From Saprospira sp. CCB-QB6 (lineage in GTDB: Bacteria > Bacteroidota > Bacteroidia > Chitinophagales > Saprospiraceae), in the NCBI RefSeq assembly GCF_028464065.1, contig NZ_CP116808.1:1327886-1391885 (forward strand): a stretch of DNA of 64,000 nt, in the 5' to 3' direction. Of the stretch, positions 10,401 through 18,245 are shown in pieces; the first letter of the stretch is position 1, and every line of letters starts with the position of its first letter. A model generated the notes under the pieces. It worked only from the letters and a program-made list of their open reading frames with translations. It searched no databases and had not been told where the DNA came from. A program made the translations under genes and the position numbers.

Positions 10401-13400
10401 CATTAGCAAGCTTTGCTATAAACAACCAGTTATCATAATCTAGGTCATAGCCTTCCCTAAATTCATCAGACTGGCCAATAGAAGCTGCTTGAGCGCTATC
10501 ATTTTCGTAGCCCTCAATCATTTGGGAAAGTGCTTGTCCTCTAAAATTATCGTATTGGCTAGCTTGGCGGCCGGCGCTATATCCTTGTTGATAATGAGAG
10601 GTAGGCGTAGCTTGTTTTTGTTTACCCGTCATTGCGTCGTCATAGCCTTCAAAATATTGCTTTCCCTCTCGTTCTCCTGCACTTTTCCCCACGCGATAGC
10701 CCTTAGCAAAAGCCATTTCTAGCTTTTGGGTATCGGCTTTTCCTTGCATTTCTTCTTGGATCACTTTGGCTAAGCCTTCTTTTTTCTTTCTCCAAGCTTC
10801 ATCCGGCGTTTGACTAGGGCGTTCTTTTTGGGCTGTACTTTCATACTTAAACCAAAGCCCATAACCATATTCGCGGCCTTTTTCTACATAATCAACACCT
10901 CCAGCAGTTTGGCCAAATTCCTCTTTAGCATTTCGGAGTTCTTGAGCTTCTGCTCGTTCTTCTTTTGTTTGAGCTTGTTTTCCCCCATCTGCTCCACTAT
11001 AGACAGTTTGATTATAGCCAATATAATAGCCTTTTTCGAACTCCTCGCCTTCTGCTTTGGCATTTGTAAAGGCTTCTTCTACTTTAGCGTCTACTTCTGC
11101 TTTTTTGCTGGCATCGCCTTGAGCGGCTCGATAGTGGTCATAAAAGAGTCCTCCCATATGTCGTCCAGCTTCATAACCTTTTGCTTTTGGGCTATCGGCA
11201 GAGACGGACATTTCTTTATCGACTAGTTTTTGCTTTTCAACATTATAATTTGTATTAAATGCGTGATAATAGCCTGTACTGAACTCTTTTTTGACATTTT
11301 CGTCATTGAGTTGTTCATCGATAGTGGCCAGATTTTCCTCAATCTTTTCGATTTTGGCAGTTAAGGCCTCTTTTTCTTTAGGATCTTCTGTTTGTTTGAG
11401 GTCCTTCTTATAGCGGTCTAAATTTACAGTAGCAGCCGCAGCAATTTTGCCAATATCCTGGCCTTTTTTGTACTCTACACTATTTGTTTTAGCTTTTTGC
11501 TCATTATCTAGCTTTTGCTGCTTAAACTTATTGTAAGAGGCGTTAAACGCATGAAAATAGCCTACCTCAAAGCTTTTCTTTTGCTCTGCAGTTTGTTCTT
11601 TGTCCTTTCCTTCTGCAAAATACTGTTTAGCGGAATCGGGGACAGGAGGAAGGTTTTCTCCCAATTCAGAGAGTGGTAGCGTTCCTTTCAGGACTTGTTT
11701 TGCTTTTTCTTCAGAAGACATAGCGGCCAAGGTTCCCATAACATGGCCTACCGCATAATGGGGATCTTTTTTTCGTTCCTCTTTTTCAGCTTTTACTTTA
11801 GTTTCTTTGCCCTTCATATAGGAGGCATTGAAGCCATGGTAAAATGCGCGAGAGTAAAGCTTTTTGGGATCGTCTGCGATAGGTTGGCCAGAAGCATCTT
11901 TATTATCGTCGGCATAGTTTGCCGCTTGCTTGCCCTGCTCTTTAGTCATGCCTTCTGGGGCTTTGCCTTGGCCTTCTGCTAAACCAATATTGTAGCCCAA
12001 CTCATATCCTTTGCGATAAGTGGGATTTTCCATGAGTTCAGCGGGGCCGGGCATTGATTTTTTGACCGCGGCTGCGCGGGCCTGCATATAAACTGCATTA
12101 AATGCGCGATAATAAGCGACTTGATACGTTTTTGAGCGATTATCTACAGCGGCTTTAAGCACCTTAGCTCTTTCTTTATCCTCCGCTTTGCTGCTATTAC
12201 TTTTTACGGCTGATTCTGTCCCATCTTTAGTCCCTTCCTGGGCTTCTGGGTCGGTAGCCATTTTTTGTTGTTCTTCAATTTGGGCTGCTTCTACTTTTAG
12301 TTTTTGGCCTTCTGGATAGCCTTGGTTGAAGCCTTGATAAAAACCCGTTTGATATTTTTGGCTTTTACTAGCAATAACAGCTCTTTGTGCTTCTACATAA
12401 GCATCAGCAGTTTCTCCTTCTGCAAAGGGAGCCACATTCATTTTTCCAGATTCATCCGTCGTTACTTTTTTACCTAATCCTCCAGACCGGCCTACATCTA
12501 AGCCAAAAGCGCGACCAGCTTCTAGCTCTTGTTCCTCAGCACTTTCTTCGGCAGTTTTTGCTACTGGTCCCATATTCATGCGGGCGGCAAAAGCGGCTCC
12601 CGCCTCTTGTCCTTTTTGGTCTCCAGTTGCTTCAGTTGCAGCAGCTTCTCCACCAGCGGCGGAGTTTTGCTGTTTATTTTGCGGATTACCCGTTGCCGTT
12701 GTTTCTCCTGTTTTGGCATCTCCTTTAGTTTCACCGCCGATCTTAGCTTCTTCGGGACTAACTTCTGTATTTTTTTGGCTTGCTTGGTTCGCAAGTTCTT
12801 CGGATTTAGCTTCTTCTTCAGCCGAAATATTTTCTTCTGATTTAGTCTCTTCTACAGCTCCTTCGGCTAGGGTTTCTTCTAGGGCGGCTTGGAGTTCAGC
12901 TGCAGCGGCAGAGATCTCATCTTGCTCTAGCGTTTCTTCTATAGCGGCATCTAGCTCCGTTTCGTCATAAGTGGGAATCGGTTCGCCTAAGGTTGCGGCA
13001 ATTTCTGCATTGAGTTCAGCCTCATTAAAGGCGGCGCCTAGTGGAGGCAAATCGTCATCATTGGCGGCAGCTGTTTTGCTGCTGCTCTGCTCCTCCTCTC
13101 CTTCTTGCAAAGAGATGCCCTCAGCCAACTTCTCAATACCACTATTTAGGCTAGCCGCCGAGAGTTGTTCGTTGAGAGGGCTAGCCGATTCGTTGAGGGG
13201 TTGGCTAAACTCCTCTTGGGTACTTTCTTGGTGGAAACCTTCTGCGGGAGTTTGGACGACCGCATTGGCTTGGCTATCGACTTGTTCAAAAGCAGATTGA
13301 ACAGATTGCAACTCTTCATTGGCCTCAAATTCTTCGAGGCTTTGGTAGAGCTGTTCGTAAATGCGTTGCTTTTGGTTTTCTTGCGAAGTATTTTGGTTTC

Positions 13401-13410
13401 CCTTAGACAT
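7480..13410 (-). CDS. giant (1976 aa) acidic intracellular repeat protein of unknown function
   Basis: No signal peptide. N-terminal about 330 aa is Glu/Ala/Ser-rich low complexity. About 20 copies of a K-x-[YF]-x-x-G-[YF]-[YF]-x-[GA]-F-N-x-x-Y / E-K-G-Y-x-x-G-Y module (e.g. KYQTGFYQGFNQGY, KTYQVAYYRAFNAVY, KLYSRAFYHGFNASY, SFEVGYFHAFNASY, EFSTGYYHAFNTNY, FEKGYYIGYNQTVY) separated by Lys/Glu-rich predicted coiled-coil linkers. Beta-rich ~130-aa C-terminal domain. Confidence 0.7.
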   Translation of the reverse strand: MSKGNQNTSQENQKQRIYEQLYQSLEEFEANEELQSVQSAFEQVDSQANAVVQTPAEGFHQESTQEEFSQPLNESASPLNEQLSAASLNSGIEKLAEGISLQEGEEEQSSSKTAAANDDDLPPLGAAFNEAELNAEIAATLGEPIPTYDETELDAAIEETLEQDEISAAAAELQAALEETLAEGAVEETKSEENISAEEEAKSEELANQASQKNTEVSPEEAKIGGETKGDAKTGETTATGNPQNKQQNSAAGGEAAATEATGDQKGQEAGAAFAARMNMGPVAKTAEESAEEQELEAGRAFGLDVGRSGGLGKKVTTDESGKMNVAPFAEGETADAYVEAQRAVIASKSQKYQTGFYQGFNQGYPEGQKLKVEAAQIEEQQKMATDPEAQEGTKDGTESAVKSNSSKAEDKERAKVLKAAVDNRSKTYQVAYYRAFNAVYMQARAAAVKKSMPGPAELMENPTYRKGYELGYNIGLAEGQGKAPEGMTKEQGKQAANYADDNKDASGQPIADDPKKLYSRAFYHGFNASYMKGKETKVKAEKEERKKDPHYAVGHVMGTLAAMSSEEKAKQVLKGTLPLSELGENLPPVPDSAKQYFAEGKDKEQTAEQKKSFEVGYFHAFNASYNKFKQQKLDNEQKAKTNSVEYKKGQDIGKIAAAATVNLDRYKKDLKQTEDPKEKEALTAKIEKIEENLATIDEQLNDENVKKEFSTGYYHAFNTNYNVEKQKLVDKEMSVSADSPKAKGYEAGRHMGGLFYDHYRAAQGDASKKAEVDAKVEEAFTNAKAEGEEFEKGYYIGYNQTVYSGADGGKQAQTKEERAEAQELRNAKEEFGQTAGGVDYVEKGREYGYGLWFKYESTAQKERPSQTPDEAWRKKKEGLAKVIQEEMQGKADTQKLEMAFAKGYRVGKSAGEREGKQYFEGYDDAMTGKQKQATPTSHYQQGYSAGRQASQYDNFRGQALSQMIEGYENDSAQAASIGQSDEFREGYDLDYDNWLFIAKLANGQDASDLSGSLKLYGDEEAPEAQIGAAAKTQANEILAQKEAKMQAALSKKRKELEEKAQKAAANPKKESAPEDPLAKVDSQMAEIEKGYQQALEDATAKVAKQDSAEKARQDGLLFGYQSVEGYPPLAGQEEALAAAAGKDTEYAQADKNTLAAFNAGKAEGYKMAQMLQAGLISTEEVNRKIQGGGHDRGYQLGQEIARKDIAAHKKALLNGENFESQKEAEAEKLDGPTQEGFLNGYQYLFDKGEAYNLGYQQGYLAATNEKEGDNFEELSYTPKDPTLSYASELEGQFHLGRTTGRQDGLNQTINGETKKSSSVLDQRIEELRTTLGDAYANAYEKGYSYGRDQRQASPSQMANLQGEFEANGVPTMLEDLKAFLPKIIQIAKETGQAAAEELEDSQIPNILSQIEGQAQNLLGFDQNATPLENHQELTTTLISQAEGLLTEQLSNEDKQFMRKTIAEWEKQLQSFKEGYIRGARKGLVEGINNSETAEEGAALAEATNYQTQLLAAAGNVGQDKYVQGYEKARELLIEDSYNSPNSSSAEMEKGRYRLVGEMRKALNELIKKEKSEAAQQTSSSDEDEALAVAVTNAYADLIRIFGQEHPTALAPGQNQNDYIDDQVLALQAEYDNFIADFDKDGKRSLDKSIRKQLKANFQALYQSQIQPFFQQYKEGFQAGYTAAIQEVLQGNTGVDGVGSGNAEYSAVEKLHEQLEAGLIKDGDVNSLSLLNQYDPVLDLLFEYTDVVAQDQELFYAAEDATLDLQDQIKEKTIAKEGLEARQNQLSAEEQAELDDIRAELDELQEELEMAQEEHFEAFEELNVVYEGIEDQLGFTKGGSSEPKALLDYLSMTNDEFTLQGSYTYQDNQLQIQGNGSFFTSDSQANWIHQAAVEFQIADLKFNTNSFEYLESSRQVNLQAGQFSVPIEEGGNSRDISIDFSGLNLKAGESLIDQIEVQLDLGAGLNGGGLMENDLG

Positions 13411-13557
13411 AACTTATAAGGCTTAATTTGGAGCAAGGTAAAGGTATTGCATAGGCCCTAACAAATTACTAACAAAAGGGCCCTTTGCCAAAACAAAGAC
13501 TATATATTTTTCTTTTCTTTTCCGAATTGCGTACTTAGCAGTTCTTTGAGGGCCATT

Positions 13558-13722
13558 TGCGGCTTTTTTTGGCCTAGCGATGTGCAGGGGTGGCCGATAG
13601 GCCAGACCGAGGCGCCGAAGGCGACGAAGGGCCGAGCGAATAGCGAGCCCCGGAACGTAGCGCCGCAAGCGGCCCGATGAGCATTAGCGAATTCTGGGCT
13701 GCGCAGCGGAGGCCCCAAATCA
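13558..13722 (-). repeat. REP/MITE-like element copy
   Basis: GCAGGGGTGGCCGATAGGCCAGACCGAGGCGCCGAAGG...GGGCCGAGCGAATAGCGAGCCCCGG...GGCCCCAAATCAAAA. Confidence 0.65.
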
Positions 13723-13741
13723 AAATAAAAAGAAATACATC

Positions 13742-14245
13742 ATGAATAGCAAGAAAATTTGGAGCTTAGGCGCTTTACTTTTGTTGGGTTTTAGCCTAGA
13801 GGCGCAGATTGTAGACAATAGTCATTTGATTAACCTCAAAGACGTTCTTCCTTATGTCTATATCTTTTACGTGCTTACTTTCCTGGCCCTTAGTTTACTC
13901 ATTATGAAGCTTTTGAAGCCTCAAATGAAGGCTTATTTGCTTTATGCGGCTTGTATTTTGGCCATATTGGGGGCGGCCTTTACCAATCAGGCCTTTAATA
14001 AGATTCAGGATGAGCAACTGCCGGGGGTAGCGGGCAGTGATATTCCGAAAGAGGAGATGAGTGATTATAGTCGGCAGATGGTAGAGAAGCAAGAGCGGGA
14101 AGTATCGCAGCAGAAGATGGCCAATTTCTGGATCATTGCCATTCCAAACATTATTATGTTGGGTTTGGGGGTTGTCTTAGACATCAAAGCCCGTCAATCA
14201 GGGACTGACGGGCAACAAGTTCGTGGTCGATATGACGGAATGTAA
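13742..14245 (+). CDS. hypothetical membrane protein (signal/TM plus 2-3 TM helices)
   Basis: Hydrophobic segments; no recognisable domain. Confidence 0.4.
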   Translation: MNSKKIWSLGALLLLGFSLEAQIVDNSHLINLKDVLPYVYIFYVLTFLALSLLIMKLLKPQMKAYLLYAACILAILGAAFTNQAFNKIQDEQLPGVAGSDIPKEEMSDYSRQMVEKQEREVSQQKMANFWIIAIPNIIMLGLGVVLDIKARQSGTDGQQVRGRYDGM

Positions 14246-14665
14246 TTAGCGGAGGCGGTCAGAGTCCTTAACGAGTTGGTCATCGGCATTGATGGCGCGA
14301 TTGGCCAAAAAGAGGAACAACATAGATAGAACCGGGGTAAAAAGGCCTAAGCCTGCGCTAATTTCCTCTGCAATATTCATGGTCCAATAAGAAGCTAGTC
14401 CCATAAGGATCAAGCAATTGGCTAGGCTCAAATTATTGAGTAGCATTTGTAGTTTACGATTCTTAAAGAGAAAGATCGTGGCCAAGCTGAGCACCGTTGG
14501 AAAAAGGGCGAGCAGGAGCAAGATAAACTGGTCCATCAAGTCATAATCGCCATCTTGTAGGGGGCCTTCAGCGGTGCTGGGGGCTGTTCCAAAAGGAAAA
14601 ACGAAGAGTAGGGCTAGCGCAAGGGCCGCCAATAACATGTAAATTGTTTGAATACGTTGTATCAT
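14246..14665 (-). CDS. hypothetical 4-TM membrane protein
   Basis: Four hydrophobic helices; its stop codon abuts the stop of the convergent upstream gene. Confidence 0.4.
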   Translation of the reverse strand: MIQRIQTIYMLLAALALALLFVFPFGTAPSTAEGPLQDGDYDLMDQFILLLLALFPTVLSLATIFLFKNRKLQMLLNNLSLANCLILMGLASYWTMNIAEEISAGLGLFTPVLSMLFLFLANRAINADDQLVKDSDRLR

Positions 14666-14722
14666 AATAATTCGGCTTTTTTTCAGATGAAATTAGGCCA
14701 CAAAGTTAATTAATTCAGTTAA

Positions 14723-15916
14723 ATGAACAAGTCTGCTCCCATCTATATCCTAGCAGCGAAAAGGAGTCCTATTGGTCGTTTGTATGGGGCTTTGCGAGAT
14801 ATTCGGCCCGATGATTTAGGCTTAGCGGTCTTGCAGCAAATGACTGATTTTTCGGTTATGGATCTAGAAGCGATTTATGTAGGGGCGGCCAATCAGGCGG
14901 GAGAAGACAACCGAAATTTGGGGCGACAATTAGTTTTTTTGGCCCAATGGCCCCCTCATATTTGGGGCATAACAGTTAATAGCCTTTGTAACTCTGGTCT
15001 AGATGCCTGTATTCAGGCCTTTAGGGCCTTGGCTTTAGGAGAGCAAGAATTAGTTTTGGCGGGTGGGGTTGAAAGCATGAGCCGCAGCCCCTTTGTTCGT
15101 CTAAGGGAAGAAGATAATGAAGTAGATAGCACCATTGGTTGGCGATTAACCAACCCCTACCTTCCCGCTCCCTATGCTCCTTTGAGCATGCCCGAAACAG
15201 CAGAATTATTAGCGCAAAAAAGAGGGATTAGTCGCGCTGAACAAGATGCCTATAGCCATGCTAGTCGGGCCCGCTTTTTAAAGGCGCAAACTGAAGGCGC
15301 TTTTTGTAAAGAATTAGTCCCTATTACTGACCGAGCTGGACAGCTAGTTTTGGCCCAAGACGAACAAGCCCGACCACTCCCCTTATCCCTTTTAGAGAAG
15401 CTCCCGCCCCTGGTCAAAAATGGCCAGTTTATTAGCTTAGGTAATGCCGCTCGCTTAGGCGATGGAGCCGCCTTTTTGCTTTTGGCCCACAAACAATATT
15501 TAGATAGAGAAGGTGGAACGGCCTTGGCCGAAGTTCTTGCCTGGAAAAGCGTTGCTGTTCCTCCAGAAGACATGGGAGAAGCCCAAATTATTGCTGTTCA
15601 GCGCCTGTTGCAGCAAGAAGGACTTAGCAGTAGCGAAATTGATTTTTTTGAATTTGCAGAATCTTTTGCCCTCCAAGGCATCCTAGCCGAAAAGGCTCTA
15701 GCTCTTCGGCCCGAACAACTAAACCCCTATGGCGGCAGCCTAAGTATGGGGAACCCCTTAGGTATGGGCGGAGCCCGCATTGTGGTCTCTCTAGCCCATG
15801 CTTTGGCTCGTCATCCAAAAGCAAAATATGCTATAGGTGCTAGCTCGGCAGGCTTGGGTTTAGGAACGGCTATTTTGTTAAAGAAACATGTAACAAAAAG
15901 TCAAATAGAGGGTTAA
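14723..15916 (+). CDS. thiolase-fold (acetyl-CoA C-acyltransferase-like) protein with substitutions at two canonical catalytic positions
   Basis: N-terminal ILAAKRSPIGRLYGAL and nucleophile region VNSLCNSGLDA match thiolases. The catalytic His motif G-H-P-x-G-A-S-G-A-R reads GNPLGMGGAR (His to Asn). The C-terminal CxGGGxG motif reads SSAGLGLG (Cys to Ser). Alignment was done by eye. Confidence 0.6.
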   Translation: MNKSAPIYILAAKRSPIGRLYGALRDIRPDDLGLAVLQQMTDFSVMDLEAIYVGAANQAGEDNRNLGRQLVFLAQWPPHIWGITVNSLCNSGLDACIQAFRALALGEQELVLAGGVESMSRSPFVRLREEDNEVDSTIGWRLTNPYLPAPYAPLSMPETAELLAQKRGISRAEQDAYSHASRARFLKAQTEGAFCKELVPITDRAGQLVLAQDEQARPLPLSLLEKLPPLVKNGQFISLGNAARLGDGAAFLLLAHKQYLDREGGTALAEVLAWKSVAVPPEDMGEAQIIAVQRLLQQEGLSSSEIDFFEFAESFALQGILAEKALALRPEQLNPYGGSLSMGNPLGMGGARIVVSLAHALARHPKAKYAIGASSAGLGLGTAILLKKHVTKSQIEG

Positions 15917-15998
15917 TTTTAATATGCAAAAAACTTATATTTGCTGCCCATCAATTCCCTCCCCCTCCCCAAACAGCCCTAATATAAAATTATCTATT

Positions 15999-16883
15999 AT
16001 GACTGCTTTTACCGGAGAACTCTCTAGCCTAGCACAATTCAAAGACGCTTATTTTCTATCTGAAGAGGAAATTTCACTCATTCGTGAAAAGAGTAAACAA
16101 CTTCCTCAAGACGCACTAGATAAAGCAATCGAACAGCTTGCCTATTCTTTAGAGCGAGGCCCATTTAGCAGTCATTACCCAGACTTTCTAAAGGTGCATA
16201 TCCACCAAAGAAAAGAACAGATTATAGGGAGCTATAGCCTACATGTTCTAACCGATGATTTTGTTGAAGAACAATCTAAAATTCGCCTCGATATTTTACA
16301 AAGAGGGGTTAGCTTAGAAGCCTTTATTCGATTACTCGCTCAACTACATGAGATTTTCTTCAATATCCTTAGGGAACACTACCCTCAGGATATAGATTTA
16401 CTCATCGCCTACAAGAAGTTCAACCAAATTGATCTCAATATTCTTGCTAGAGAATATCGTCACAAAATGGTCTCTGAACTTCAACAGCAAAATGATGCCC
16501 TTAGAGAACTTTCTACCCCCATCGCCCAAATTTGGCAGGGCATTTTACTCCTCCCCCTTGTCGGCTTTATCGACTCGCACCGAGCTCAAGAAATTATGGG
16601 TAATATGCTCCAACAAATTGCCGAAAAATCTGCCGAAGTCTTTATCCTTGACATCAGCGGAGTGGTTACCGTAGATACCGCCGTCGCCAATTACCTCATC
16701 AAAATGACCCATGCCGCCAAACTCATGGGCACTGAATGTATCATCTCTGGCATTTCCCCCTATGTGGCCCAAACTATGGTAGAACTAGGTATCGATATCG
16801 AACAAATCCATACCACCGCTAGTATGCAAGATGCCCTCAAACAAGCTATCCAAACTAGCCATCACGAGCTAATTACAAAATAA
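15999..16883 (+). CDS. RsbR-like protein: N-terminal sensor (globin-like?) domain plus C-terminal STAS domain; the ORF is open from 15924 but the Met at 15999 is the likelier start
   Basis: C-terminal STPIAQIWQGILLLPLVGFIDSHRAQEI...VFILDISGVVTVDTAVANYLIKMTHAAKLMGTECIISGISPYVAQTMVELGID is a textbook RsbR/RsbS STAS signature. Confidence 0.6.
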   Translation: MTAFTGELSSLAQFKDAYFLSEEEISLIREKSKQLPQDALDKAIEQLAYSLERGPFSSHYPDFLKVHIHQRKEQIIGSYSLHVLTDDFVEEQSKIRLDILQRGVSLEAFIRLLAQLHEIFFNILREHYPQDIDLLIAYKKFNQIDLNILAREYRHKMVSELQQQNDALRELSTPIAQIWQGILLLPLVGFIDSHRAQEIMGNMLQQIAEKSAEVFILDISGVVTVDTAVANYLIKMTHAAKLMGTECIISGISPYVAQTMVELGIDIEQIHTTASMQDALKQAIQTSHHELITK

Positions 16884-16896
16884 ATTCCCTCCCCTT

Positions 16897-16937
16897 ATTC
16901 CACTAAAAAGCCCCAGACTACTTTAGTCTGGGGCTTT
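16897..16937. terminator. bidirectional terminator (AAAAGCCCCAGACTAC-TTTAGTCTGGGGCTTTT)
   Basis: Perfect hairpin with flanking A- and T-runs between convergent genes. Confidence 0.65.
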
Positions 16938-16941
16938 TGCT

Positions 16942-17919
16942 TTATTGCATCAACACATCCATTACCCGATTCGGATAATCACTTATAATTCCATCTAATG
17001 GATAAGCCAACATAGCCTCTATATCCGCTGTCTCATTAACGGTCCAAGGGATCAACTGCATTTTATGCCCCTTTACCCAATCTACCAAAGTATCATTGAC
17101 CATAGAAAAATGACAACTGTAAATCTCTGGCGTGAACCCCAACTCATCCAAATCTTTCTGTGGATCGTCACTCTCCTCCACCAACATAGATATCGGCATT
17201 TTTGGCCGCTTCTGTCGCACCAATCGCAAGGTTTCCCAATCAAAAGCCTGAATATTAGCATGCCCCGCTATGCCCGCACTGTCTATGGCCTCTAACACCA
17301 AATCCACAAATTGATCCACAGGCGGACAATATCGACCATCATACTCCGGCAGTCGCTTGATCTCTATATTATAATGTATCGGCCGCTCTAATTGCGCCTT
17401 CATCTCAAATAAATTTACCGACTTAACCACATCCAACAAGCGAGGCTTAATCACTTTCATCTTCTGCTGAGTCGGAAAATATGGATGCGGCAAACTCCCA
17501 CAATCATACTTAACCAGTTCCGAATAGGGCATCTGATAAATACTATAACGCCGCTCCTCATTCGGCCCTATCGGCTGCCCATCCAACTTGTTGGCCAACA
17601 GATGCGAAATCCAAGGCTCATGAGAAAGCACGACCTGACTATCTTTGGTCACTACTACATCCAATTCTAAGGTCCGAACCCCCAACTCCAATGCTTTCAT
17701 AAAAGCCGGAATCGTATTCTCCGGCATCAATCCACGGCAACCTCTATGGCCCTGAATGTCAATCTCTCTAAATTTAAAACTACTCATTTTAGGTCGTTTT
17801 GCATCCAGCTCCACAACCGCCTCCTCTTCAGCCTGAGGCTCCGAGACGTTAGCACAACTGTAAAGGCCAAAAAATAAGGGCAAAAACCAAAGTAAAAAAG
17901 TATTTTGTCGCTTCATCAT
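16942..17919 (-). CDS. glycerophosphodiester phosphodiesterase (GDPD) family lipoprotein
   Basis: HRGCRGLMPENTIPAF...LELDV GDPD signature; signal peptide with LYSC lipobox. Confidence 0.7.
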   Translation of the reverse strand: MMKRQNTFLLWFLPLFFGLYSCANVSEPQAEEEAVVELDAKRPKMSSFKFREIDIQGHRGCRGLMPENTIPAFMKALELGVRTLELDVVVTKDSQVVLSHEPWISHLLANKLDGQPIGPNEERRYSIYQMPYSELVKYDCGSLPHPYFPTQQKMKVIKPRLLDVVKSVNLFEMKAQLERPIHYNIEIKRLPEYDGRYCPPVDQFVDLVLEAIDSAGIAGHANIQAFDWETLRLVRQKRPKMPISMLVEESDDPQKDLDELGFTPEIYSCHFSMVNDTLVDWVKGHKMQLIPWTVNETADIEAMLAYPLDGIISDYPNRVMDVLMQ

Positions 17920-17954
17920 AGTCTATCTGATTTGATTGTCTTTCTTTCGTATTT

Positions 17955-18200
17955 TTGCTGCTGTTTTGGGGCCTGCAGCGGGCGGTTACTCCCTTTGGTC
18001 GTCGAACTGCAGCCTAAAGGCCTTGTTGTCGTTGCGCAGCTCGCTGCTGTTTTGGGGCCTCCCGCCTGCGGCGGGCGCTACGTTTCGCAGCTCGCTATTC
18101 GCTCGGCCCTTCAGCGCTTCGCGCCTCGGTCTGGCCTGCGGCCACTGCTGCACATCGCTAGGCCAATTGGCCCCCTGGGCCAAAGGCGGCTCCGCCGCCT
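17955..18200 (+). repeat. REP/MITE-like element, about 1.5 tandem units
   Basis: Two successive TTTTGGGGCCT... starts; the second half is near-identical to the copy inside the TPP riboswitch (40078-40205). Confidence 0.65.
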
Positions 18201-18245
18201 CCCAAACGCAAAATATACTTCCAACAAAATACAAAATCCCTAGAG

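Noticed and set aside
10489-12970. Multiple plus-strand ORFs (e.g. 10810-11226, 12387-12728, 12578-12970) antisense to the giant gene
   Set aside because: They are antisense read-through of a low-complexity coding region. They are Phe/Leu/Ser-rich with no start context, and the minus-strand 1976-aa ORF explains the region.
7480-13410. Giant protein as adhesin/RTX/Rhs toxin or NRPS
   Set aside because: There is no signal peptide, no Ca-binding GGxGxD nonapeptides, no YD repeats and no condensation, adenylation or thiolation motifs. The composition is acidic coiled-coil plus aromatic GY modules.
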